A stretch of 64,000 bases of DNA from an uncultured candidate division Zixibacteria bacterium (lineage in GTDB: Bacteria; Zixibacteria; MSB-5A5; UBA10806): NCBI GenBank assembly GCA_963801605.1, contig CAWDFP010000006.1:1024001-1088000 (forward strand), given 5' to 3'. This document shows, one piece after another, positions 1 to 9,759 of the stretch (its first letter is position 1; each line of letters opens with the position of its first letter). The translations under genes and the position numbers were made by a program. The notes beneath the pieces were generated by a model. The model made no database searches and was not told the DNA's origin. It saw only the letters and a list, made by a program, of their open reading frames with translations.

Positions 1-2
1 GA

Positions 3-680
3 AGACTTGGTCTTCGAGCCTACAATAATATCTGTAAAAGCATGATAGAGTATGGTTTGTTTCCCTCTTTTAATAAAAATAAGCTGGAAAGAATTATCAC
101 AATTGAGGGAGCCGAGCATTTCCAGAAAATCAAAAATGCCGGGAAAGGGGCAGTGCTGGTTACCGGGCATTTTGGTAGCTGGGAACTCATGGGAGCTTAT
201 GTTGCCCAGCATGACTGGCCTATCGATTATTTGGTGGGAGAGCAGCATAACCTTAAAGTAAATAAAATCATGAACGATCATCGCCGTATGTTCGGCATTG
301 GGCTTATCGAATTAGGTGTGGCGGCTCGAGGAGTTATTAAGGCTGTTCGCGAGGGGCGTATGGTTGCTATGCTTTCTGATCAGGATGCGGGAAGCGACGG
401 AGTCATCGTAGAATTTCTGGGCCGACCCGCCTCCACGCCTAAAGGACCGGCAGCATTCTCGCTCAAAACTGGCGCGCCGCTGCTTTGTGGTGTAATTATC
501 CGTGAAGGTTTGCGTCAGCGAATAGTTGTTGAGCCGCCGATAAATATCACGCCAAGCGTCGATAAAAATGAAGATATCAGGGCCTTAACACAAGCCTATA
601 CCTCAATTCTTAGTAAATATATAAAGGAGTACCCCGATCATTGGTTTTGGCCGCATCGGCGCTGGAAATCAACCTCATGA
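3..680 (+). CDS. Lipid A lauroyl/lysophospholipid acyltransferase (LpxL/HtrB family), 5'-truncated by the window edge
   Basis: Frame is open from position 3. Family motifs 'TGHFGSWE', 'LSDQD', 'EFLGRPA' and C-terminal 'YPDHWFWPHRRWK'. Confidence 0.9.
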   Translation, partial: RLGLRAYNNICKSMIEYGLFPSFNKNKLERIITIEGAEHFQKIKNAGKGAVLVTGHFGSWELMGAYVAQHDWPIDYLVGEQHNLKVNKIMNDHRRMFGIGLIELGVAARGVIKAVREGRMVAMLSDQDAGSDGVIVEFLGRPASTPKGPAAFSLKTGAPLLCGVIIREGLRQRIVVEPPINITPSVDKNEDIRALTQAYTSILSKYIKEYPDHWFWPHRRWKSTS

Positions 681-3001
681 GAGAGCACTCTCTTTTTACG
701 GGACGGCCCGGACTGGTGGCCATTCTTCTATTTATTCTTGGTATTTTCGTCGCGCTATTTATTCAGTTTCCTTATTCAATCCCATTGACATTTCTTATCA
801 TTACTTTTTTTGCACTTACTTATACCTATCTCAAGGGGTGGATGCGAACATCCGCCTGGATAACTGCGATTCTTATTATTATAACAGGTTGGTATCTTAC
901 GCGGCTTTCCAGCGGCCCGTTTGCCCCCAATCATATCGAAAATCTCGCAAAAAATGGCGGGCGGGTAGAGCTGGTGGGAAGGATTATTGAAGAGCCGGAT
1001 ATCAGAAGAGATAAGACTTATTTGGTTGTCGAAGCTGATTCGATTTTTATGGGCCGAGTTTGGATTCCCACATTCGGCAGGGTACGCGCCGGCATTAAAG
1101 ATGGCGGTTCCCATTATGAGCATTCTGATATCATAAACCTTAACGGATATATCTATCAGCCCGAGGGTCCTCGAAATCCGGGCGGCTTTGACTATCGGGC
1201 TTATCTACGTAATAAGGATATTTCCGCAGCTATTTCAGTTTCGGGGCCAAATCAAGTTATTATTTTGGAAAAAGGAAGATCATTTCTTTCTGCGGTAATA
1301 TCGCCGCTCCGAACCTGGCTGGTTTCAAAAACGAGGGAGTACCTATCACCCCTATCAGCGGCGCTCCTATCCGGATTTATACTTGGCGAGCAACGTGATA
1401 TCCCCGATGAATGCCAGGAACTTTTTCGCAACACCGGAACGCTTCACCTGATGGCAGTCTCCGGATCCAACGTAGGGGTCGTACTGGCGCTCTTTGCATT
1501 CCCTTTAACGCTTTTGAAAGTGCCGCGCAAAATTAAAGTCGTTATCCTGTTTTTGGTAATACTATTCTTTGCCATCTTAACCCGGCTTCAGCCATCCGTG
1601 GTACGTGCCTCAATAATGGCGACGATTGGATTAATCGCTTATGGCTGGATACGAAAACCCGATTATATCAACCTGCTTTCATTTTCCGGACTTCTAATGC
1701 TGCTCTGGCGCCCCCTGCAATTATTCGATGTTGGAGTTCAACTTTCTTTTGCCGCCACGTTTGGCATCATATATGCGCTGCCCAAAATAAATGGCGAGCT
1801 CGCGTTTTTAAAAGGTCGAGTCGGTGGATGGTTGCGAAATTTCCTGCTTGTAGTGGCAAGCACCTTAGCGGCTCAATTGGCCGTTCTGCCGCTTATGGCT
1901 CATTATTTTCAAAATATCCCACTTTCAGGCGTTCTTGCTAATATCCCCATGATACTTTTAGCGGGCCTGGCAAGCACCCTGGGGATCGCATTTTATTTTT
2001 CGCCAATTTTAGGCGGATGGCTATCGACACTGATTTCAATTCCTCTTGGTTGGTGCCTGGATATTATTGTGATAATCCTTCGCTTTTTTGCCTCTCTGCC
2101 TTATGCCAATATCGCGGTAGCTTCGCCGGGCTGGCTCTTGATAATCATTTTTTGGCTTCTTCTATACTTTGGTTTCGAACTTTTGGCCAACCGAAGATTC
2201 AGCAAACTTACATTAATTATGGTCTTGATGGCATCCAACATTTTGATATTCAGCCAAATTTTCCAAACGCGAGACGATTGGAGATTGGAGTTTCTCGATC
2301 TGGGCAGAAACCACGCCTGGATCTATTCTAATAAAGGAGCACCAACTGTCGCCTGCTTAGATTTTTTCGTTCCACAAGAGGATGCTGCCAACGTCATCAT
2401 TCCGCACATTCTTAATCATCATGGAGGAAATCTTAATTATCTTATTACCAGCACTCCTGAAGCAAATGACGTTACTACGATAGCCACAATTTTTAATCCA
2501 AAAATAATTTCATTTTCAAAAATAGATACTATCTTAAAAGATACAGCCATAAGTGATACGGACATAGAGCCTTACAGCAGCCAAAGCAATTTTCCGGCCA
2601 ACATAAAGGTTATATGGGAAAGCTCCGATAATAAGGAAGGGCGCCAGGAGTCTCTCCCGGCGTTTGAGATCGATATAGGGAAAGGTTCGATTGTTTTGGC
2701 TGACTGGACTGGAGCGGAAATTTTGAATGGGCTTGATCAAAAGCGTGTAAGCCTTCTCGAACTGCCGTGGGGCGTCTATGCCCAATCAAGCTGCAAGAAC
2801 GCAATCGAAAAGATCGCTCCGGAGTGTGTAGTTTTCTCCCCCGACCGCTTCACTCAGGCCATGCCTCGGAAGCGGGACGAGTTGACATACTCGGCTGATC
2901 GAATTCTTTCTACATCGATCTTTGGTGGAATCTCATTTAGCAGCGTTGATAGCACTATGAGAATTGAAACCATGAAACCAATTTTCAACGAGAGGAAATA
3001 A
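677..3001 (+). CDS. comEC: ComEC/Rec2 DNA uptake channel
   Basis: ATG at 677 overlaps the upstream stop (ATGA). DUF4131-type 'PRNPGGFDY' and competence-domain motifs 'GTLHLMAVSGSNV', 'PSVVRA', 'QLSFAAT'. The C-terminal MBL-like region is degenerate. Confidence 0.93.
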   Translation: MREHSLFTGRPGLVAILLFILGIFVALFIQFPYSIPLTFLIITFFALTYTYLKGWMRTSAWITAILIIITGWYLTRLSSGPFAPNHIENLAKNGGRVELVGRIIEEPDIRRDKTYLVVEADSIFMGRVWIPTFGRVRAGIKDGGSHYEHSDIINLNGYIYQPEGPRNPGGFDYRAYLRNKDISAAISVSGPNQVIILEKGRSFLSAVISPLRTWLVSKTREYLSPLSAALLSGFILGEQRDIPDECQELFRNTGTLHLMAVSGSNVGVVLALFAFPLTLLKVPRKIKVVILFLVILFFAILTRLQPSVVRASIMATIGLIAYGWIRKPDYINLLSFSGLLMLLWRPLQLFDVGVQLSFAATFGIIYALPKINGELAFLKGRVGGWLRNFLLVVASTLAAQLAVLPLMAHYFQNIPLSGVLANIPMILLAGLASTLGIAFYFSPILGGWLSTLISIPLGWCLDIIVIILRFFASLPYANIAVASPGWLLIIIFWLLLYFGFELLANRRFSKLTLIMVLMASNILIFSQIFQTRDDWRLEFLDLGRNHAWIYSNKGAPTVACLDFFVPQEDAANVIIPHILNHHGGNLNYLITSTPEANDVTTIATIFNPKIISFSKIDTILKDTAISDTDIEPYSSQSNFPANIKVIWESSDNKEGRQESLPAFEIDIGKGSIVLADWTGAEILNGLDQKRVSLLELPWGVYAQSSCKNAIEKIAPECVVFSPDRFTQAMPRKRDELTYSADRILSTSIFGGISFSSVDSTMRIETMKPIFNERK

Positions 3002-3002
3002 A

Positions 3003-4169
3003 GTGAGTTTCGCGGGCAACCTGAAAACCGTATCTCCGGCTGATATTTTCCAGCTTATTGTCACTTCCAAAAAAACAGGTGCCCTGTCTATAGTTAAAAG
3101 CGATTCCCGCCGCTTCATTTACTTCCAGGATGGTCTTCTCACATTTGCCTCATCCTCCGACAAACAGGATATGTTCGGAAGCCTGCTGCTTAAAAAAGGA
3201 AGAATTTCCAAACCTGAGCTTGATGCCATTCTTAAAGAAAAACATGATGGCAAGAAAATCGGCCAGGTATTGGTTGAAAAAGGAATCCTAACCCGGGATG
3301 AGGTTTTCGACTGTCTCAAGATGCAGATCGATGAGATAGTCTATAGTCTTTTCGGATGGAAAGACGGCGACTTCGAATTCATCGAGGGAAAGGCGCCGCC
3401 GCCCGATGTCATTCTTACCGAGCTCAATCCCATGAATATGATCATGGAGGGGATGCGGCGTATTGATGAATGGACCGAACTAAAAAAGATTCTGCCCTCC
3501 GATGATGCCCAAATCGAGCTGGTGGTTGATCCGGTCATGAGAAACGAAGAGATGAGACTTACCAAGGATGAGTTTATCGCCCTGGCGTTGATCGGATCTG
3601 GCAAGAGATTCTCGAAAGTTGTGGAAGAAAGTTACCTGGACCAGTTCCAAACCTGCAAGGCGCTGGCTAATTTGTTACAGATGGGGCTTATCAAGGTCGG
3701 GAAAATTCTTCCGGTAATTAAAAACTCAGAGCAGGAACAGAAAAATTTAGTCGAACTATTAGCCCAGGTTTATATCAGCAATCTGGCGCTTATCTTCTCC
3801 GGATTAAAAGAAAAGCTGGGTAACAAAGGCGACCGGGTGATATTCGAGACGTTCGAAGAAAATAAAATGTTTTATCCGATCTTAAGCCAGTTTTTTACCG
3901 CTCGCGATGGTACCATTAATTTTGAGCACTTCCTTGAATTCTATAAAAGATTGCCGGAAGAGGCTCGAATCTGGCGCATTGTTTCAAATTTCAACTCCCT
4001 CCTCAACGATTACCTCGTGGCTGTCCAAAGGCATCTCGGAAATAAGATTTACCGTCGAGTGGTTTCCGAAATTAAAATAAATATCCAAAACAGTATTAAT
4101 CGCAATCGCCAATTGGCCTTAAAGTACGGGCTCGAAGAAGAATTTTCGCGAGCCTTGCGAGATAGATAA
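3003..4169 (+). CDS. DUF4388 (PATAN-like) domain protein with internal MshEN-like helical repeats
   Basis: N-terminal 'GNLKTVSPADIFQLI..KKTGAL..IYFQDG..FGWKDGDFEF' is typical of DUF4388. Repeats 'FGSLLLKKGRI' and 'IGQVLVEKGIL'. Confidence 0.85.
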   Translation: MSFAGNLKTVSPADIFQLIVTSKKTGALSIVKSDSRRFIYFQDGLLTFASSSDKQDMFGSLLLKKGRISKPELDAILKEKHDGKKIGQVLVEKGILTRDEVFDCLKMQIDEIVYSLFGWKDGDFEFIEGKAPPPDVILTELNPMNMIMEGMRRIDEWTELKKILPSDDAQIELVVDPVMRNEEMRLTKDEFIALALIGSGKRFSKVVEESYLDQFQTCKALANLLQMGLIKVGKILPVIKNSEQEQKNLVELLAQVYISNLALIFSGLKEKLGNKGDRVIFETFEENKMFYPILSQFFTARDGTINFEHFLEFYKRLPEEARIWRIVSNFNSLLNDYLVAVQRHLGNKIYRRVVSEIKINIQNSINRNRQLALKYGLEEEFSRALRDR

Positions 4170-4173
4170 TTTC

Positions 4174-4539
4174 ATGAAGAAATCCTTCGTTGTTCTTATT
4201 ACCGGGCTTGTCCTGGCGGATCATGGACACGCTAATGCCATGACATCCACAGGATATGCTATACTGGGCGAGTCATTTTCGCTGGTATTGTTATTGGCCT
4301 GTCTCATTATTGCATCGCTTATTATAACGGAGCTTCGAGGCGGGAAATTTGGCCAGCCCTGGATTTTTATGGCCGCCGGATTTGCCGTTGCTCTGGCAGC
4401 CAGCGTAATCCATTTACTCGATCTGAAGGCAATTATCTTTGGCGATTATGATCTCAGGCCTATTTACCTCGCGGCCCGAACTGCTTCAATGCTTTTAATC
4501 CTGGTTGGCCTTTTTTTCTATAAGAAGGGGCTGCAATAA
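4174..4539 (+). CDS. Small membrane protein (signal-like N-terminus plus about 3 TM helices)
   Basis: Hydrophobic segments around 'LRGGKFGQPW'. Starts 4 nt after the previous stop. Confidence 0.7.
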   Translation: MKKSFVVLITGLVLADHGHANAMTSTGYAILGESFSLVLLLACLIIASLIITELRGGKFGQPWIFMAAGFAVALAASVIHLLDLKAIIFGDYDLRPIYLAARTASMLLILVGLFFYKKGLQ

Positions 4540-4614
4540 TCGTTTGATTGGCTCTAAACATCTTCGCGGCCTTGTCGATAACATTATTAGTTGGTTTGAC
4601 CTGAGAGGTCCTAT

Positions 4615-5439
4615 ATGATTGATGTCATTGAAATAGACGAACGTATCGCCAAGTGCGAAAAGATTCTCGATATGAATCCGCAAAGCCAGATTTTTGCGGC
4701 TTTGGCCGATGCCTATCGCAAAAGGGGAGATTTGGCCAGAGCTCAGGAAATTTGCAATGATGGGCTGAAACTTCACCCGTCTTACGCATCGGCTCGAGTC
4801 GTCATGGCTAAAATTCAATTGGCCAGAGGGAATTATGATTTGGCCTCCGATGAACTTAAAATGGCCATCCTCTCAACCGGACGCACCAGGGCGATCGATG
4901 TTTTAGAAGCTGAGATATTAATCAGACGCGGCCAGAAAGCCGAGGCCTGCCTTATCCTCCAGGGACTCGAGGCAACTGACCCCGATGACGAAAATGTAAA
5001 GAATCTCAAAGCGCTTCTCGATGAAAAACCGAACCCGGATAAGATCGAACTGCCTGCGGATTTATCGCTTAAGCTCGAAAGAGCCGATCAAAAGAGCCTT
5101 ACGCTTGCTCATGCCTTAAGTGTTCTTAAAGTTATGCCGCGCGTTATGGGCGTGATTGCAGTTGGATCTAACGGGCTTCTCCTTGATGGCCGTTTCGACA
5201 GCCATAATGTTAAAGAGGAATTTGCGGCTCTTTCAAAAGGCTTTGTTGATTGGGCAACACAGGGAAGCCAGCGCATCGATTTCGGGGCGGTAAATGAGGT
5301 GCTGATTGAAACCACTTCGTCGAAAATCTGGATTTTCGATAAAATAAAGTATCTGCTCGTAGTTTTTACCAGAGATGATGTCAGCATGGGTGCTCTTAAA
5401 CTGAAAATAGATGATCTCTTTAGAGACATTGTTATTTGA
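4615..5439 (+). CDS. TPR + C-terminal Roadblock/LC7 domain protein
   Basis: TPR-like 'NPQSQIFAALADAYRKRGDLARA' at the N-terminus. Roadblock pattern 'VMGVIAVGSNGLLL..FAAL..EVLIET..LLVVFTRDDVSMGALK' at the C-terminus. RBS GAGG. Confidence 0.82.
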   Translation: MIDVIEIDERIAKCEKILDMNPQSQIFAALADAYRKRGDLARAQEICNDGLKLHPSYASARVVMAKIQLARGNYDLASDELKMAILSTGRTRAIDVLEAEILIRRGQKAEACLILQGLEATDPDDENVKNLKALLDEKPNPDKIELPADLSLKLERADQKSLTLAHALSVLKVMPRVMGVIAVGSNGLLLDGRFDSHNVKEEFAALSKGFVDWATQGSQRIDFGAVNEVLIETTSSKIWIFDKIKYLLVVFTRDDVSMGALKLKIDDLFRDIVI

Positions 5440-5448
5440 GGAATCGAT

Positions 5449-5898
5449 ATGGCCCGAGCAAAAGCAGTTAAAAAAAACCAGGACAAATTTCAAATGGCTG
5501 TCAACTATTTGATCGAGTACGATGGGGTAAGGGGAGTCGCTATCGCCGATCCCGAAGGGCTGGTTATAGCTCGCGGCGGAAACGATTTCGATGCCGAGCT
5601 CCATTGTGCCCTGGCGCAGCAAATTACAGCATCCTTAGATGCTATATTGCCGAAATTAATAACTCCGGGAATCGAACATCTTATTGTCAAAACCCCGCAG
5701 GATTGGCTGACCGTGGCTCGCTCGGCAACCTTTCTTCTGATTGTGGTGGCCAAACGAAATGCCGATGAGCTTCTTAATATCCGAATCGGCAAAGCGCTTG
5801 AAATGATTTCATCTCATCTAAAAGGCAAATATCAACCGGCCTTTTCGACTGACCCATCCGGAGTCAAGGCGAAAAAAATGGAGGCTATAAATGTATGA
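5449..5898 (+). CDS. Roadblock/LC7 domain protein
   Basis: 'GVRGVAIADPEGLVIA' roadblock signature; RBS GAGG. Confidence 0.85.
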   Translation: MARAKAVKKNQDKFQMAVNYLIEYDGVRGVAIADPEGLVIARGGNDFDAELHCALAQQITASLDAILPKLITPGIEHLIVKTPQDWLTVARSATFLLIVVAKRNADELLNIRIGKALEMISSHLKGKYQPAFSTDPSGVKAKKMEAINV

Positions 5899-6229
5899 TG
5901 TTTTAGGCGATCTCAACAAGACCTCCGGAGTCAAAGGCTCTATGCTGGTCGGCAACGACGGTATCATTATCGCCGCAGATCTCGATGCCAAGCTCGAAGA
6001 CGAAACCGTAGGCGCGATGGCAGCTTCGATTATGACCAACATCGGCAAAGCTCTGGGTCGGCTTAAACAACATAACCTGGAAAGAGTAACCATCGAGGCT
6101 GATGCAGGAAAAATATTCCTATGCGAGGCCGGAGTTGGGATCCTGGCAGTTGTAACTGAGCCGCAGGTTAATGTCGGATTAGTCAGGTTGGAGATTAAAA
6201 ACGCCGTTTCGCAAATTAAGGGGATGTAG
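5891..6229 (+). CDS. Roadblock/LC7 domain protein
   Basis: 'SGVKGSMLVGNDGIIIA..VGAMAASI..VNVGLVRLEIK'; overlaps the upstream stop; RBS GGAGG. Confidence 0.9.
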   Translation: MYDVLGDLNKTSGVKGSMLVGNDGIIIAADLDAKLEDETVGAMAASIMTNIGKALGRLKQHNLERVTIEADAGKIFLCEAGVGILAVVTEPQVNVGLVRLEIKNAVSQIKGM

Positions 6230-6242
6230 AGAGGAATTTGGG

Positions 6243-7451
6243 ATGGTATCCATTAATTACGCTTTCAGGGAGATTATCTCCAAAATAGTTTACTATGGTC
6301 CGGGCCTCTCAGGGAAGACTACTAACCTTCAGTATGTCTTTAAAAAGATTCCCAGTGAAACCCGCGGCGAGCTCATCAGCCTGGCAACTGACGCCGACAG
6401 GACTCTATATTTCGATTTTCTGCCTGTCAATGTTGGAACGATACAGGGTTTTGCCACCAAATTCCAACTCTATACGGTTCCCGGCCAGGTGTATTACAAC
6501 GCCACGCGCAAGCTTGTTCTACGGGGCGTGGATGGCTTGGTATTCGTGGCAGATAGCCAACTGGCCAAGATGGATGAGAATCTTGAATCGCTCCATAATC
6601 TAAAAGACAACCTCGAGGAATATGGGTACGATATGTGCCAGATTCCTTTGGTTATACAATACAATAAACGTGATTTACCGGATATCGTATCAATCGCCGA
6701 CCTTGAGAAAGCTCTTAACCCGGGCGGCTTGCCGTACTTTGAGGCCGTGGCCGTCACGGGCGATGGAGTGTTTAAGACACTTAAAGCCATAAGTAAAATC
6801 GTTCTGGATCAGGTAAAGGCCAAAAGAATGGAACCGGCCAAGGTTATTAAAACGCAAACGCAACCTCAACCAGCGCCCAAGGTGCCCGTGGGAGTAGCCC
6901 CGGCCGCCAGCCCGCGAGCAGTTAATAATGAAGTACTTGTTGCTCAACCAAAACCTGAGATTATTAGCCGGGGAGTCGAGGTGCCGGAATCTAAGCTAAA
7001 ATCCGATGATAAGATTGGTACCAGCCAGGTTGAATCTGCAATCATTTCCGATATACCGGGCAGAGTGGTGGTATCTGACGCGCAGGATGATAAACCGCAG
7101 CCTCATGAGGAATCAGTGCATCAGACAGCCACCGAAGAGACAACCGAAAAGGCTGTCATTCGGGATGAAGCACCAGAGCACGGTACGAAGAGCATCGTTG
7201 TTAGCCAGGATTTTGGTCTTACCAACGAATATAGCGTGGTTGACACCAAAGAAGAGGCTTCCCAGGGCAAGGGATGGCTTTCGTATAATGACAACAAATC
7301 AGTCAGCGAAGATGATAATGACGAAATAGAAGACATTAGTCTAAAAAGCGCTTTGCCGTTACGCAAACCGCAAATGGCTGAGAGCCGTAAGGTAAAGAAT
7401 AAAACAGGGAAGTTTAATATCTTCGGCTGGTTCAAGAAATCGAAAAAATAA
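6243..7451 (+). CDS. mglA: MglA-family small GTPase with a ~200-aa C-terminal extension
   Basis: 'KIVYYGPGLSGKTTNL' (G1), 'DRTLYFDF' (intrinsic Arg), 'TVPGQ' (G3), 'NKRD' (G4), 'FEAVA' (G5). Confidence 0.95.
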   Translation: MVSINYAFREIISKIVYYGPGLSGKTTNLQYVFKKIPSETRGELISLATDADRTLYFDFLPVNVGTIQGFATKFQLYTVPGQVYYNATRKLVLRGVDGLVFVADSQLAKMDENLESLHNLKDNLEEYGYDMCQIPLVIQYNKRDLPDIVSIADLEKALNPGGLPYFEAVAVTGDGVFKTLKAISKIVLDQVKAKRMEPAKVIKTQTQPQPAPKVPVGVAPAASPRAVNNEVLVAQPKPEIISRGVEVPESKLKSDDKIGTSQVESAIISDIPGRVVVSDAQDDKPQPHEESVHQTATEETTEKAVIRDEAPEHGTKSIVVSQDFGLTNEYSVVDTKEEASQGKGWLSYNDNKSVSEDDNDEIEDISLKSALPLRKPQMAESRKVKNKTGKFNIFGWFKKSKK

Positions 7452-7477
7452 TACCTGGCGATAAAAGGAGGTTTAAG

Positions 7478-7963
7478 TTGTCTCAAGAACAACAGGTCCT
7501 CTATGAGGATCAAATTCAGCAGATCGATCAGGTCCTGAGCCGGATCATCAGGGAAGCGGAGGCTAAATGCGCGCTCCTGGTGGATAAGGACGGGCACCTC
7601 ATCACGCGGCAGGGGTTTACCCATACTCTCGATACCACGGCCCTGGCTGCTCTTCTGGCGGGAAGCTTCGCCTCCACGAAGGAGATTGCTCGCCTGGTTG
7701 GCGAACCGGAGTTTTCGGTTCTTTTCCATCAGGGGAAAAAAGATCATATCCATATCTCACTTATCGACGAGCGCACCATTATGGTGGTGATTTTCGACGA
7801 CCGCACCACGATCGGTATGATCAGGCTCTATGCCAAAGAAATCGGAGAGACTTTAAAAACTATTCTGTCTGGCACATCGGAAAGCAAACATGATGATCTT
7901 GAATTGGGCAAGGATTTCTCGGATAGCGCTGAAGCTAAACTCAACGATATTTTCCAGGAATAG
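7478..7963 (+). CDS. mglB: MglB (roadblock-domain GAP of MglA)
   Basis: 'LLVDKDGHLI..DTTALAALLAG..IARLVGEPEFSVLFHQG..VIFDDRTTIGMIRL' plus acidic C-terminal helix '..LNDIFQE'. TTG start with AAGGAGG RBS. Confidence 0.93.
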   Translation: MSQEQQVLYEDQIQQIDQVLSRIIREAEAKCALLVDKDGHLITRQGFTHTLDTTALAALLAGSFASTKEIARLVGEPEFSVLFHQGKKDHIHISLIDERTIMVVIFDDRTTIGMIRLYAKEIGETLKTILSGTSESKHDDLELGKDFSDSAEAKLNDIFQE

Positions 7964-8011
7964 ATTCGATTGGCATATTTGTGGCTGTATAGAAATTAAG
8001 GATTCAGAAGA

Positions 8012-9706
8012 ATGGCAATAGAGCTCGGTAAGATACTTGTCAAAGCCGGCAAAATCACAGAAGTCCAACTTCAAAAGGCGCTGGAAATGCAAAAAAACGG
8101 CGCCGGTAAGCTGGGTGAGATCTTGGTTAAAATTGGCGCTATTACCGATGAAAATGTCATCTCGGAATTTATCGGAAAGCAGCTTAATATTGGTGCGTTA
8201 CGCTTAACCGATATTGAGCTCAATCCCGATATTGTTAAGCTTATCCCTCAGGATATCGCCCGTAAATTTAACGTTATTGCCGTTTCCAAACTTGGCAAGA
8301 CCCTGATTGTCGCCATTTCCGATCCTAATAATATTTATGTTCTCGATGCCATTAAATTTATCACCGGCTGCAATATTCAGCCGGTCATTTCGCCCGAAAA
8401 TACCATCCAGAGCGCTATCGAAACTTATTATGGTGATACCAGCGGCATCAATGAAATCATTAAGGGGATGAGCGCGAACTGGAGGTAGTCGAGGAGGCGG
8501 AAGATGACCCCATCGGAACAGGATCTGCAATCGCAGGTTCAGGATAAGCCTCTGGTGAAATTGGTCGATGGTATCATCGCCGATGCCATCAGAAAAGGCG
8601 CCTCAGATATTCATTTCGAAAGTTATGAAAAGCGCGTTCGGGTCCGTTATCGTATCGACGGCGTACTGCAGGAGATGGCTCCTATTCCGTTTAAATACCG
8701 GGCAGCCATCATTTCACGTATTAAGATTATGGCCGATCTCGATATTTCCGAGCGTCGATTACCGCAGGATGGCAGAATCAAGGTGAAGTTGGGCGAGCGC
8801 ACCATCGATCTTCGTGTTTCGGTTTTGCCAACAATTTTCGGCGAAAAGATCGTCATGAGAATTTTGGATCCCAAATCACTTATGATCGATCTGACCAAAC
8901 TTGGTTTTCCCGAGCTGGCGCTTGATAATTTTAGCAAAGCTATCAGTCTGCCTTATGGCATGATTCTGGTTACGGGGCCTACCGGATCCGGTAAAACTAC
9001 GACCCTGTATTCGGCCTTAAAGACGTTGAATACGATTGATGTTAATATTATGACTGCCGAAGATCCGGTCGAGTTCAATTTCGACGGTATTAATCAGGTA
9101 TTGGTTAGATCCGATATTGGCCTTACTTTTGCCGCCGCGCTACGCTCCTTCTTACGCCAGGACCCCGATATCATCATGGTGGGCGAGATTCGCGACGGCG
9201 AAACTGCCGATATTGCCATCAAGGCCGCCTTAACCGGTCACCTCGTATTTTCAACTCTGCATACCAATGACGCACCTTCGACCATCAACAGGCTGGTGGA
9301 TATGGGCGTACCCAGCTACCTGGTAGCGGCTTCTACAAAGTTAATCATGGCTCAAAGAATGGTGCGTAAAATCTGCACCTTCTGTAAACAGGAAGTGGCC
9401 ATTGACGCCCAAAATCGCCGATATACTTCGATTGGATACCGAAGAAACTAAATCAATGAAGCTATTCGAGGGAAAAGGCTGCAATCAATGTAATGGTACC
9501 GGGTTATTCCGGAAGAACCGGCCTTTTCGAAGTTATGCCGATATCACCGGCTATTGAAAAGATGATCGTCCTGAACGCGTCGACGGCCGAAATAAGGGCT
9601 CAGGCCATGAGCGAAGGGATGCTGACTCTTGCGTCACGCCGGGTTTGAAAAACTTCGCCTGGGGATCTCCTCGCTGGAAGAAATAGTAGCCGAGACTGCG
9701 GTATAA
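8012..9706 (+). CDS. pilB: Type IV pilus extension ATPase PilB (split by several indels)
   Basis: MshEN-type N-terminus, 'ERRLPQDG', Walker A 'GPTGSGKTT', 'LRQDPD', 'TGHLVFSTLHTN' and Cys pairs. Frame breaks near 8470, 9410, 9500-9530 and 9630; stop TAA at 9704-9706. Confidence 0.92.
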
Positions 9707-9759
9707 AAACTATAGTAGTTAAATTTATTGTCGATAATAAGTAAAGAGGTATAATTGAA

